A stretch of DNA of 62,073 bases, filler included, from Sphacelaria rigidula (GCA_964200075.2; 8 parts of 8 records of this genome joined end to end with filler, not necessarily neighbours in it), one strand, 5' to 3'; numbered from the whole stretch's first letter, positions 23,724 through 36,612 are shown. Translations and numbers: made by a program. Notes: a model not told the origin generated them from the sequence alone.

Positions 23724-26700
23724 ATGTCAATCACAAGGATCCAAAATAGTTGGCACACCTGCTCTGGTTTTCGTGAAGGTTTGAGGGCAGATCTCATTTC
23801 AGGCACCACACCGGAAATACCTGGACCAAGTCGTCAACTCAAAATGTACGCCCGCCGCCTTGATCAGAGAAAAAGTGACAAATCTGCTCATAAATATTCT
23901 GTGATTGCATCGGGGGCTCCGTCTAGCCCCCAGATCGTTGGTATAAACGATTTCCATTGTGCCCACGCCCACGTTCACGAGGACCTACTGCGAAAGACGA
24001 CGAAGCAGCTGGGAGTGTAGCTGACCGGAGAGTTGCAGTCTGCCGCGGTTGCTCGGAGGCGAATGGACTACGACGGCCGAGTCCAAGATCGACGCACACG
24101 AGAGCAGCTGAGTCAGCGTATAGTGCGTTTGTCAATTTTTCCAGCCGAAAACGAGTCAATCAAGTCTCTCACGAGGGAAAGTGGTGAAAAATGATAATCC
24201 GAGATGATTACTCACGGTTCACGAACCTATGTTTCTCTGCGCGAGGGATGAGGCAGAGCGATACTTGACGAAAAACAGCGCAAAGATTTCACCCAGAAAA
24301 GTCAAAATGGTCCGCAACGATGACGGGGGGGAATTCTCGGAGGTTGCATTTGTTTAACGGTGTGACAGGGAAAACATCAAGCAGGAAAAGACAATTGCCG
24401 ACTCACCCCAGTTCTACGGCGTCGCAGAGCGACCATTGGGTATAATCGAAACATCTGGCCTGGTGAAGATTCAAGCATCTGAGCTGTCCCTTGATGAGCG
24501 TATCCCAAATGGTGACAACATGTGGGCTGAACAGGCACACTGGGCGTGCCATGCCCTGAACCACACTTTTATCTCGGCTGACCCAAAATGCGAATCACCG
24601 CATAAGATGTGGTACGGATCACCACCGGACGGTGATCTTGTTAGAAAATGAGGCTATGAAGCCAAGCTCTTCAACGCTTCGTATGATATCAACTTTATAT
24701 ATATGTAGTGTTGGGATCGCAGGTACCGGTCACGAAGGTTTGGTCTAATGTGGGGGGCGTGTACTGTGGGATAGCAGTTGTTATGCATGAAGTACTCTTC
24801 TCTTTGACCGTGTACCCCGGTGGGTGTTTAGTATATGTCTTGCCCAAAAGCGGCACCTTGAACACTATTCTCTGTCTACACTCCGAAGCAGCCTGTCTAC
24901 TTACTTGGCTTAACCGCCATTGCGCCAACTCTAGCTAGCGACCACGACAAAGGGGTTCTGAGTAAATCCTTTAACAGATCTCATTCTGGTTTTGAAGCCT
25001 AGATTTTGAAGGAGAAGGCGGAGAAACAAATTACAGCCGAAGGCGAAAAATTCTGGTTTTTGAGCCCAGACCCATGCTACCCACGTGACGCGATGCGAGT
25101 TTCGACTGTACGAGGATCCGCCACCGTAACAAGACACGTAACACGGGCACGTATCTCCACCACCCCTTCCCACACACTGCAGCAAGCGATTCAGATGCCG
25201 TGCGAGCCCAAGGATCCCAAGGTCGATGTAGGGCAGGACTTGAGCTAGCCAGTAGTGGAACATTCGACAGTGGACACTTTGTCCAGCGGTTTCTCAAGCG
25301 CACCGCTCTCCTCGCCGAGTTTCGTAGGTAAGGGGGGCAGGGCAGCAACGCAGATCCCCGTCGATGCTGAAGGTGGCGAAGTGATTTCATCGCCCCCCCG
25401 AGGGGGGGAAAAGGCGGGGTGATACCACAGATGCCCTTTCCAGATTCAGTCAACGGAGGGGATGAGGGGGAATAGGAAACATCATCATCGTCTACATCGA
25501 CGCCGACATCAACGCCGACGCCGACACCTACGCCGACGCCCACATATGCATCGTACACTCTCTCGTCGCCGGCTGTGACCCTCTTCCACGAGTCCCTCGC
25601 GAGACGACGGAGGGGGGGGGGCACGCTCCTCAACTCCCGAAGACCGAGCGACGCCGTTTCACGTGGGTCGATGGGTTGCCGACACCATGAGCGGGGCGTA
25701 CAAGGAGCCAAGCGCGTGAAGCCATGGGATCAACGCATACACATAGCGAGACGCTGGCGGCTAGCGAAGGGGAGAAGAGCAGCGAGGAAGCGGAGATGGC
25801 GCTGGCGGGGATGGCCGAAGACAAAGCTCAGCCGTGGGGATGATCACCGCGGCAGCAAGACAAGTAGCTGGACAAGATAATTGTCACCATCTAAAACGAG
25901 TTAGCTGAAAGCGATTTTGTGTTTTCGTTGCTGAAACCGAGAAATGAAGAGTACGGCAGCCTGAGTTCGGTCCGCGTTGACCGGTTGGCTTACAAACAAG
26001 CGAAGTAGAGGCAGTACCGAGTAGTGGCAACGATGTGGCAGAATCAGAGTTTCGGGAGGCATGGCTTGGCGCGATGCAGGCAGAACTGGGAGGTCACAAA
26101 GAAACTGGAACACTTTTGATTGGCTTCGTACGGGAAGCATTAAACGTGATCAGCGAAGTGGGGTTTTAGTTGGACAACTGACGCCGAGGGTACCGTAACG
26201 AAGGCGAAGGCTAGGCTAGTAGCGCGGGGACGCGGACAACTTTTCGCTGTCGACTATTTGGAGACGTTCGCGGCCACGCCCTTCATGGCCTCCATTAACT
26301 GGTCATGGCAGTGGCACTTCAGGAAGAGTAGACCTTGTGCCATTTCGACGTAACATAGGTCTTTGTTTAGGCGAAGATGGACACTGACATGTACATGAGG
26401 CTGCCTGAAGGTTGCTACCATTTGACAGACATGACCGTTAAGCTCGAAATCTATTTATGAGATCAAGCAAGCGGGCAGGCAGTGGTCACGTCTTCGATGC
26501 TCAACTGTATTGGAGGATGTCGGGATGGTGTAGTGTGAGGCTGACCCTTGTGTTTTCAAGATGGAGGGTGCAGGAGACATGCGTGTAATTTTAGTCGTCC
26601 ATGTGGATAAAATTTTGGTCAGTGATGCCAAGGAAAATGTGCGAAAGGTGGGCGAATTACCGAACAAGCTCCCCACGAAAAATCTCAGAGAGGTCACATG

Positions 26701-26743
26701 GTACATGGGATGTGCGGTGGACAGAAATTGGGATAGAGGCACG
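23724..26743 (+). pseudogene. Decayed Ty1/copia pol (GAG-pre-integrase, integrase, RT)
   Basis: HCAHAHVHEDLLRK..CRGC; IIRDDYSRF; VRNDDGGEF; ADSPQFYGVAER; WAE..WACHALN; RT KAKARLVARG..DYLETFA..HFDV..YMRLPEG..IKQAGRQW..ADPCVF..LVVHVDK. INT-before-RT order indicates copia; many stops and frameshifts. Confidence 0.92.
24639..24976. mobile_element. Solo LTR (338 bp) inserted in copia integrase
   Basis: GATCT|TGTTAG...TTTAACA|GATCT: TG..CA ends, short terminal inverted repeat and exact 5-bp TSD. The copia frame resumes afterwards. Confidence 0.9.
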
Positions 26744-27944
26744 CCATCGACTCCTGCCGAGATAGCCCTCCCACAAAAAGTGTGCAGGAGACCGTCCGAC
26801 GAACTGGCGTAGGGTGCCATTCTACACGAGGTCGTTGGTTTTAGAACAACGGGCGAGTCATTCCACGATAGGGGGGGGGGGAATTTTGGGCCACTTATGG
26901 CACGAAGTTCCAAGTAAATTTGGCTCTGAAAGCAGCAATGCTTGTTCGAGCGAGCTTCCTGTAGATAAATAACGCTTACTTGTACCGCTTGGCACCACTT
27001 CAAACCGGATTCAAGCGCACAGCGAGTGTGGCAGGTCGTCTGAGGCACCTATGAGCCACGTTTTTCGGGAAACCAACCCCCCCCCCCCATCTTTTGTAGG
27101 ATGGCTGAAAACCATACCTCTGTATTGCTGTTGGGTAGGCCCAGATTTCTGGGTATGATAAGTATTCAAATAGTTGCGAGATCGGATGAGTCACATTGGG
27201 GTTACGTGCTGCGGGTTTGTTGAAAATGACATGCAGTAGCACATAGCCTATGGAGGAAGAAACTTGCAGTTGAGAGGAATATGGCTGTATCGAGAACCCA
27301 ACTATCAAAAAATAGGCTCTGCATGTGCAGCACTTGGTGACGCCGCGACTACCCCACCCACAAACAAGTGCACCGGAGACGGTCCATCAACGGGTGACAT
27401 GGCGTGCGTTCATCATATGTGTCGACGTGGTAGTTTCGGACCTATGTGCTGGTTCGGAACAGGTGTTTTGGGCTCGCCATCGCTTTTGCGACACGACAAT
27501 TGTTCCCCCAGACGCCGTTCGTGGCTGGTTTCGAAACCGGGTCAGCCACATGACCATAGTCGCACTGCGGATATTTTTCTTAAACCTGCATCACCACGTG
27601 CTCGTCCGGCGATGGTCGCGCATACCAAGTTGTCGACGTATGTGCCATGTCGAAGTAATCAATAAAATGAGAAGATGGTAACAGCATAACGAACCTGAGA
27701 ACACGCAGAAATGTCGTTAGTACATAGTAGCGTGCTGTGTATGTGCCCTGCCTCGTCGTTGTCGGGTAGTCATGCTGTCGACATTACACTATTGGAGAGG
27801 GGATTTCATTTACACAGCATTGCACGGGTGTGACTTTTCGAGATGTACACATCACCTGGGCAGCCGTAATGAAGCTCGAGTCGTGATCGCAACCACCGAT
27901 GGTCCAGAAGCACCCGCTGAACTGCGCCCTCGTCGATCATGCCC

Positions 27945-30278
27945 TCAAGACTCGCTAAGGCTATCTCTCCTGGCGTACCCCCACTCCATTTTACCTCGCA
28001 TGAGTACCGGCGAGATTTCGCGTCGAACTGTTGCCCCACAATTTCCCCCGCGAAATCTTTGGCCCCTTGCCAAGCTGCGTTGGCCCTCTATGTACACTGT
28101 CGGTGCGCGAACCTTCCTCTGTGGCAACGTTCCCTCGGGGTATATGCCGCGCGCGAGGACGGGGGCTCTGTGGGTATCGGATGCCTCGAGAACGACCTCA
28201 GCATGGTTGATGAAGGCCTGTGAAGGATTCAAGGACATCAATACGGCATTGCTGCGGGTATTCTTGATCGATGACGTCTTCATCTTCCAAATCGAAGGGT
28301 TTTTCGTGCTCTGCTTCATGTATGCAGACATGGGCATCCCCAGGGCGACGATGGTCGCGAGGGGGACGGCTCGCTGGTTGTCGTTGCTCATGGTATCAGA
28401 CGACACGCGGAACCGTGGCTCTTGTCTGTCACTCGCCATTGGATGTACATCGTGAATCCAAACCATGATGTCCCCAGGAGTGAACATACCGTCGGACGCG
28501 AACGCCCTCTCCCATGGGCATGATGATCTGCGCGCGATCACAACAGGTACAAGGTCCCGGCCCCCGTTTTCGCTAGGATTAACGCGCGTGAGCGCGGTAG
28601 AACCGTAAGCCAGGTGACACTGCATGCACCGGAAAGTGTCTTCCAGTTCCAGCTCCCGTGTACTGACTGGCTCATCCCGGTCTGTGCGTCGCGCCCATTC
28701 CACTGGTGTCGGAATCACTCCTTGCCGGATCAGTGGACGCATGTGTCCCTGGCCAGTGCGGCATCTGTGGCACCTTTTCCGAGAACAGGGAAGCAGTCAA
28801 GGTGGGTCGAGTGGTCCTCAGAGTCAGTAGGAGTCCTCCTGTTATTTGTCTGTTGATAGAAGGTGGCGAGAGACAGTCGCTATTCACGGATAGCAGCCCA
28901 TGTGCTCTTTGTGTGGCGCCCGGTTGTGGTTGCTCTTCGCCTGATCTCATTCATTAGTCGACACGATTTCCTACCTATTCATCACGTCATCTCAGGCAGA
29001 AACGTTTTGTAGCACATCCCCTTCGCTTCTGTGGCCAGAGTCTCACCCGCAAGATAGCTGGTATGCTGCCACCACTCCCGGGGTGAACGTTGCGGCGATC
29101 CGAGATTGCGACATGCAACCGGTCACGTGGACAGCCCGAATTGGCGATAGGGCAGATGGGCGTGTTGCCGCAACATCCGTTTCCCGGACGAATTTCATCT
29201 TCCGTCCGAGGAGTGTGTTTTTCTGTTTTGTCAGTGCGAATGTTGTCGTTTCGTCGTTGGGGTCGTTCGTGCCCTGAGTTGCACATACACACGAGCAGAC
29301 AACACGGGGTGTATGATTGGGATCAGTGCAACTTCATATAGTGATGGAACTGTCAATCAGATGGCGAGGCTTTGGGTCGTGCACGGCCTCTCGCATCACT
29401 AATGTACGTAATACGCACGCGAGCGCTACCCTGCTGCGGACTCGTACTTCATGTGCAGAAATGCACGGCGTTGTACCCTTTGCAGCAGGCGATGTGACAA
29501 TGACACTCACCTTCCTGGTATTCGCCATCAGCAGCTGCCCACCACCTATCTTTCCGGAGAAGTCCTGCGCTGTAGTCTTGTCGACTTCTCGAAGCCCGAA
29601 GTCTAGCTCAGGCGCAAGTTTCCCGAAGAGATCGAAGGAGCTCAGGATCCGCATTCGCCCTCTAAGGACCTGATTCCTGGCGAATGTCTTCACCACGCCG
29701 CCTTCGCTGTCCGACACGCCCTTGCCGTGGCAGGTGGAAAAGTAATGTGCTTCGATGTGAATACGGCTGCCCGGTTGGTCGATGACGTAAACTTTACAGT
29801 CACCGATGTGCCCGAATGACGTCGCACACTTGAACTGTTCCCCGCAATTGTCCGTCACAACAGTCACACGCGCCATGGGTGTGGCTTCGACTCTCTCAAG
29901 CATGGATGGTATTTCTGTCTGTAGTAGTCGGGTGAAGGTCTGTTGCACCCAGGCATTGTCTTGCGATTTGTCGTCGCTCAGCACAACAAACGAGTATACC
30001 CATACCTTACCGTTGAGCTTGAACGAAACTGGGACCGGAAACAGCGTTGTGGAATCGCGATTTCAGTGTTGGGATTGAACCTCATCCTGCTCGTCATGTG
30101 TATAGCGCTCTTGAAAGCCTGCCACCATGATCACGTGTCCATCTTCGAGAGTCGCGATCAACTCATTGATGGCCACACGCTGGAGCTGTTCTTGTCGTCG
30201 GTGAGGGAATAGGGGTTCCGCAGTGGACCTCACATCCTTGAACAATTTGGTCACAGAACCACTCCTCTACACCACCGC
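27945..30278 (-). mobile_element. Intron-containing Sola2-like DDE transposase (inactivated)
   Basis: Exon 30278-29511: VIMVAGFQERYTHDEQDEVQSQH*..VLSDDKSQD..VVTDNCGEQFKC..HYFSTCHGKGVSDSEGGVVK. Further open exon at ~29274-29047 (..YQLSC) and a C-terminal ORF with PCSRKRCHRC. Confidence 0.75.
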
Positions 30279-30989
30279 CTGATTTGACCAAAGAAAGTTC
30301 ACAGACAAATGATATGTGGTAGAGACGATGGTGAGATGGGTTCCATTACGTTCGTTTCGTAGGCCCGGGTCTGCAGGAAATGTGTACCTCACTTTATCAG
30401 CGTTCACGGTAACCGCCACTAAGGAAGGGATTGCAGCTCTGCTTCTTCCGTGTTCATTTTCGCGCTAATTCATGTCGATATTCACGTGTGATGTCGTCAT
30501 TCCCGGTTTTGAAAACTGGCCTCAGTGGGGTAAGCTGGGCGTGCGGAAACGTATTGAATGACTACAGGCTCGGATGGCTTCGATAAATGCGGTGTATGTG
30601 GTGATTATGTGTCGGACTATGCACTGCGTTTGTTTTCCTTATTCTCAGTGGTGAAACTCGCGAGATACTACGCGAGTGGGAATACGTATATTTGGTGATA
30701 CCAAAATGCATTATCGACAGAGTCTGGATTCGATGAATGTTGATCTACGAAGTGGATTTGGTCATGCGGGCAATTCTCGACAGATACCAAGGAAACGAAT
30801 GTTGCTTGAACGATCGGGGGTGGTGACAATCGTTTCCCTTGACGGGTGGCCGTCTCGAGCATTGACGCGTGTGGCGAGATTTGGAGTGGTCGCTTTTGAA
30901 GGTCTGCGATTGATCCGTAAACAGCCAATCATCTATGTTGAGGATGGTGCTTTTGATTGAGGATGAGAACCCGGAGGATTAAAATCTTC

Positions 30990-31089
30990 NNNNNNNNNNN
31001 NNNNNNNNNNNNNNNNNNNNNNNNNNNNNNNNNTTAATTAATTAANNNNNNNNNNNNNNNNNNNNNNNNNNNNNNNNNNNNNNNNNNNN
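30990..31089. other. Artificial contig linker
   Basis: N44 + TTAATTAATTAA + N44. Confidence 0.98.
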
Positions 31090-31835
31090 CGGTCACACAG
31101 TCTGCGGTCTCAAGTCTGGGACGGGACCACTGGACGTGTGTGAGCATCGGGCGTCGAGTGTGACAGATGTGCAGCACGCCTCTTCGTGTCTTCTCCGAGG
31201 TGGAATGTGACCAAGCAAGAAGAACCTGTGAACCGATTGCTGCTGATCTTTCACTCGTGAAAGCCCCGGGATTGGGCACAATTTCTGCGGTCACGCGAAG
31301 ATATAAAAGCAGCGATATCCTGGCCAACAGTTGGATACACGTTCTTCCGCGTAATGCTTCAGTGCTAGACACAACTGTCGGCGTCGTGAATTGGAGCAAC
31401 TATAGAACGGCCGACGTTCAGTTAGATATTTGGGTCAACGATTCCAGAAAAATCAAGACTGAATCAAGTCGGTCCATCATTCGAAACGTTTTCAGTGTCA
31501 CAGTCCTGTGCTACAGAAGGTCGCTTGGCCAATACACGGTCGAGACATAGGTAGGATACGCCAAGCAATTCGGCTAGTTCCAGTCGTCTCCATGGCTAAG
31601 CAACGTATCTTCCGTTGCCCAGGAGATCAGATATACCTGACGGTGTCGTTTTGGCGCAAGTGCTACCGAGAGGGTACCTGAAGACACCCACTGCACACGC
31701 TAAAACACGAGTGATCGATGGCCAACGGGTCGAAACGACCAAATTTCGCAGCTGTACACCAACAGTACCAAGCGGTGGTGCCAGGTGTTGACGGCTGAAG
31801 TAACTAGGGAAAGGGGAGGCGAAGAGAGCACACAC

Positions 31836-31904
31836 CTTCACAGCATCCGCCACAGCGTTGATTCCGTCTGCCAGCTTTTTGCGTGCTCCCTCGCCGAAGG
31901 TCAC
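31836..31904 (-). CDS. cpn60: Plastid chaperonin-60 (GroEL family), exon 2
   Basis: cag|VTFGEGARKKLADGINAVADAVK|gt matches the GroEL N-terminal signature (K.v.FG.dAR..l..Gv..lAdAVK). Confidence 0.9.
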
Positions 31905-32174
31905 CTGCCACCGATGCATAGCAAACGCCGGTACAAAAGTTGAAACCAAAGGTATTCGTATATGGCGTACACCAAAGCACATGGCGTACACGAAAGTACA
32001 GTCATTTTTTTTGTCGCATCGTTAACCCCTCTCCTTCCTCATGACGAGTCCGTGGTCTTGAGTGATCATCTCATCTCTTCCCCGGTACGCGTCATGCATT
32101 TCGGGCTCGCGGGTTGGGTCAGCACTGCCATACCGCGTCAACTCACGTCAAACAAACTCAGTCGACTACGTTGT

Positions 32175-32305
32175 TTACTCACGTTCTGACGTTCTTCACG
32201 GTGGAAATCAGATATCACGAATAAAAAAGACAACACATCGGGAATCGAACCCTTGTTATATCCACCCTAATGGCGACAGTCGGACCATGACACCACCGTG
32301 GCAAG
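32175..32305 (-). mobile_element. SINE family A, copy 4 (in cpn60 intron)
   Basis: TTACTCACGTTCT.ACG..CACGGTGGAAAT..CATCGGGAATCGAACCC..AGTCGGACCATGACACCACCG matches 1-120. Confidence 0.7.
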
Positions 32306-33780
32306 TGGAAAATTGAATTCCGTACATACAACACATGCCCATTTGAACAGTACAGTGTATTCCTCACCCGCAGCTGCTGTATCGTCTGCCTTGCGGCGCA
32401 AGCACACGCAGTACAGTCAGTAGGGTGCATGGCAGTACCGTTTCAGCCCATTGCTTGGTCCGTTGACCCACATATTGGCCGCTGTGTAATAACTGTCCGT
32501 ATCGTTGCAGTCACGATGTACTTGTGCAGTTGTGCTGCTGTACATCTCCAAGTCTACATACAATATACCACGAAAAAAGTACAGACTTGGGCTCAGGGAG
32601 CAGAGGCGCAACGCTCGATTCATGATGAACGGCAACCAGGACACAAGACGGTGAACCGCGAGGATGTATGGTTCACGATTCAGTACATGCAAGTGAATAG
32701 CTGGCTGCTGGCTGGAAGTCTTGCTTGAAGGTTGCCCCACAGGACAGTCAAGCAGTAGTATATCATGAGTATTGGCTCCTGTAGACTTCCTGTACCAGGT
32801 TCTCCAAGCTCGACCACACTTCAACGATGATCGAGAATACAGTATCACAAGGACGTAGCTTTCCCTCTCTCAATCCGAGTAAGTGTCCGTCTGTAGTATC
32901 CACCGACAGTACTTTACACCGCACACAGTATTACGATGTGGCAGTGGATCCCCGTTGCCTGCTATGATACGGTACACCGTCCTGGGTACGTATCTCGCGT
33001 TTGTTTTCGTTATATAGGTGGAAGAGATTGACACGCGACGCATCAACAGACAGCGCGCGCGACGACCGGAGCCTCGAACACGAAGTCACGGTGATGGGAG
33101 GCACACGGATCTCGTACTGAGTAGGGCTGTAGCGTGGAAGCTGCGGTCAGAGGAGCTCGGTCATCATGATCACACTTGACATAAGATGTGAAGGCAGCAC
33201 CTCAGGTCCTATCGTCAAGTACAGTGATGAGGCTCTAGTCGCTAGCCATGTGACACGAGACAGTGACCACGCGGCGGCAGACCGCACATCACACATGAAG
33301 TGTTTTCGAGAAAAAAAAGTTATCATGCAGGGGGTCAAATCGTCATACAAAATTCAGCAACAAAGGTGTGTTGATTGTAGTATACGAGATGTTTGGCATC
33401 TGGAGGGAAGAGGGGGGAAGGAGGGGGACGAATACAGTGGGGAACAATACAACGACGCCGTTGGGCCTCGTATGCTTCAAGTGTCATCCCAGTAAAATGA
33501 GTATTTGTCCTCGCACGTGGAGCTCTCATCAAGACGCTTCTATGCGCACATGAGCAATCGCGCGGGTATGTGGCCTGCGGATTTTTGTGCATGTATGTGT
33601 GCGTGAGCGGTGTGCAATTTGAGGTTGTCAACGCTCTGAAAACACCCGAAGGGCACATGTTCACATTTTACAACTGGGCCATTTAGGTAGCCGCAGAGGA
33701 AACCTTGGCGAGCGATGGACAACACCTTCTTATTAACCACAAGATCTACTCATCACATAAATCCAGGCCAGGAAACGTAC

Positions 33781-33966
33781 CGACTTTGCTCCCATGGATA
33801 ACGGGGTGCGACTTCTCGACACGGGAGCCAAGGCTGCTCTTGCATCCAACGATGTCCTCAAACTAGCTACAGCCCCGGGTGCCGGTAAGAATGCTGTGGT
33901 CGGCGACAGAAGCATGAACATCACGGCTCCCAAGAGGGCAACGTTGCTTCGGCTATCCTTCGCCAT
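33781..33966 (-). CDS. cpn60: Plastid chaperonin-60, exon 1 (signal + transit peptide)
   Basis: MAKDSRSNVALLGAVMFMLLSPTTA-FLPAP..RSRTPLSMGAKS|gtacgt: hydrophobic signal, A|F cleavage motif and S/R-rich transit peptide; phase 0 join to exon 2. Confidence 0.85.
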
Positions 33967-34701
33967 CTTGCTCCTCGTAGACAGGCTGCGCGGAGAGCAG
34001 GCGGACGTCTCTACCAAAGTGGAGAAAGTAGTCTTGAAAACTTTGTTGCCGACGCTGTTCCTCAGTATGGCTGAACTTTCAATGCGTAGCGCTTTTTCGT
34101 ATTTGTCAGTATAATTTTGGCTCATTTTCTCTGACCCGCATCACTCTTGGAAAGATTCAAATTTGATCCGGTTCATCACACAACCCCAGAATCAAACTCC
34201 GCCCCATACCCCTGTTCTCTTGGGTCTGTGACTCGCTGTGCAAGGTGCAGAAAGCAAGAGAATGATCGAGAGCACGTGAAATGATTATCCAAGCTTTTCA
34301 TCGATACCTACAAAGCAATTGTGCAATGTTGAAAGTCCCCTGAGCGGCACACCAGAATCTTCCAGCTGAGGTCTCGCCTGGGCTACAACAACAGTGCCGG
34401 CCGTTCGAAGAAACGACGCTCAAAACCTTACTTTGGCAGGGCTGACATAAGTTTTATTTCGCATGTCAACATTCCTTATGCCTGTGTGTGTGTTGTGTTG
34501 CGTGTTGTCGTCCCGTCAATTCTGGACGCCGATCTACATATAAGTGGGCCGCACCAGCCGGGGTCAAGCAGGGAGAAGGTCAACACAAGAGTTTATTTTT
34601 GTTTGTTTTTGGTATAGTAGTCCCCCTTCCTTCTGCAGTGCTTGCCCTTACTCTTTATCGCGAGAGGGATTCAGCAATCGCTTTCCCTCGTCGACCGTTA
34701 A

Positions 34702-34799
34702 CCCTTAGACTGTGGTGCGAGTAGTCCATTCACACATACTTTTTCCGAGGCAAATTGACGCCGACTCAGCAGGTCACCTAGCCTACTCGCGGTCAAAAG
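34702..34799. mobile_element. 98-bp piggyBac-like MITE, second copy
   Basis: TTAA|CCCTTAGAC..GCGAGTAG ... CTACTCGCGGTCAAAAG|TTAA; termini and length like 3675-3772. Confidence 0.6.
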
Positions 34800-35627
34800 T
34801 TAAGTCTAATTTATATAGGCACGACGGCGTAGTCGCTCTCCACTACTCTTGTTGTTGTTGGGCATGATGTGAGAAAAAATCCCAGATTGCTCCGAGATTT
34901 GAAAGCACGACCCAGCCGTCAGAAGAGTTCAAGAGTACCAATTGGGCAGCCGGGGCGACCGGCGTATGCCTGGCCACGACGAACATTTTCATTTATTTCC
35001 TAGCGTAAACCATATTGCGGCAGAAACTGTGCACAACGAAGCACCAGACGAGGATTGATCGCGATTCGTAATTTTGAGATTGGAACCCGGTCGTGAAATC
35101 GCCGAAATCCGCCATGTTCAAAGCTAGCGTATGCCAATGTGCAGACGACTCTGAACTGCAGATGAACTGATGACAACCCTTCATATCTACTTGGGTAAAC
35201 ATTGGGTTGGTAGCTCCTCTTATACACAGCACCCACACGCAACAAAAGACGAGAACAGGACAGGACAGCAGTAAAAAACATGAGTAAAAAACGGCAACGA
35301 AGAGACTCCGCCAAGATACAGAAAGATGACATTTCTACGCGGTACACCTCACTGCGGACTACCCGCCTTTTGACAGGAAATTTGCTCGCGGCTGTGAAAG
35401 GAAAATATATTTTCAACTCACATCGGCCCGAACGATAACACCTCTGTCGTGATAACCCGAGCCTTATCTTGTGGCAAGCCCCTCCGCCCTCCCCCACCCT
35501 TGATCGGTCCCGCGATTCACCAAACCGCTACAGTTATTTGCCCACACTGTCCCCATTTTACCGTTGCCGGGACGAACGCGTTACCGCTATCTCCAAGGCT
35601 TGCTTGACGGAGCAAAGGAAATAAATT

Positions 35628-36612
35628 ATGAAAACCAAAATTGGTGCTGGTTCGGCTGGCGCTGGGGCTGTTGAGGGAGGGCTTGAGCGCAGTGTGGATG
35701 TCATGTCTCTCATGGGCGAGGAAAGTATGAGCGGAAGCTTGGCGACTAGTATACCGGATCCTGTCAAGAGGCAAAAGCAAGTGAGTGTTCACTGCTTGCA
35801 CCCTGTGGAAGTTATTTCGAGGATGGTCTCAAGTGAGGGGGTGATACTTTTGAGCCTTCTCATCTGTTTTTCCTGCCTAAGAAGTGCCCGGCTTCTCTTG
35901 TGCATTTGTGTCTCATCTGTCCGTATTATACCGCCGTTCTATACTAAAGCGTAGATGAACAGAGGATTGTGTCCCTCAAGACGCACAACTAACTGTCTGT
36001 GAAGGCTTGTTCGCACACACGCTCGTCATTGCGCCTATGAATCGAAGATTTTATGCTACATGCACATGCGTCAAGTGGTGCAGTCAGGACAATCAGTGCA
36101 ACTTTACGGCAAGGTTTGTAGTGCAGAAGACATGATCATTTCGCCCATGGTGCATCAGTACCCACATGTCATTGCTATTGATCATTTGGCATGTGTGACG
36201 AATCACAAAGGCCCCTCCCCTGCCCCGTGTTGGTTTACACTTGACTGTAGAAATGAGCTGTACAACAGTATGGTACACAAAGAAGGCCCCCCGGCCGGGG
36301 TGTAACGACTTCGTCCTGCTGTCCTGTATTCACGATGTTGTTGTTCGGAGTGTGGTTTCCACGCGTCATACTGAAATATTTCTATTTTCACGTTACACTT
36401 GACGTCTTCCGGGTACTTATTAGCCCTGGATTTTCACCATCCGTGAGAAGGGCCTTCGGGGTGTACTGTGTATGGTCATCTCGACTGCAAGCAGACCCCC
36501 CTCGCGCGTTAAGTAGGACGCGAGCAGAATTTTCTACAACACGGATCTGTGTTGTCTCTAGTGTACAGGACGATTCGGGTCTGTTCCTCCGTGTGGAGTA
36601 CTGCCCTGCACG
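35628..36612 (+). CDS. Possible uncharacterised gene divergent from cpn60 (candidate exons 35628-35780, 36569-36612)
   Basis: Open frames with phase-compatible GT/AG sites (..PDPVKRQKQ|gtgagt, cag|DDSGLFLRVEYCPA); no recognisable motif. Confidence 0.25.

Noticed and set aside
26744-28742. Fanzor/TnpB cargo next to the Sola-like transposase
   Set aside because: No RuvC motifs or TS..C..C/RD.NAA.N signature in the ORF translations here.
34126-36612. Head-to-head cpn10/HSP10 gene and heat-shock elements upstream of cpn60
   Set aside because: No GroES motif (PL.DRV) seen; only an isolated GAAnnTTC near 34354, which is expected by chance.
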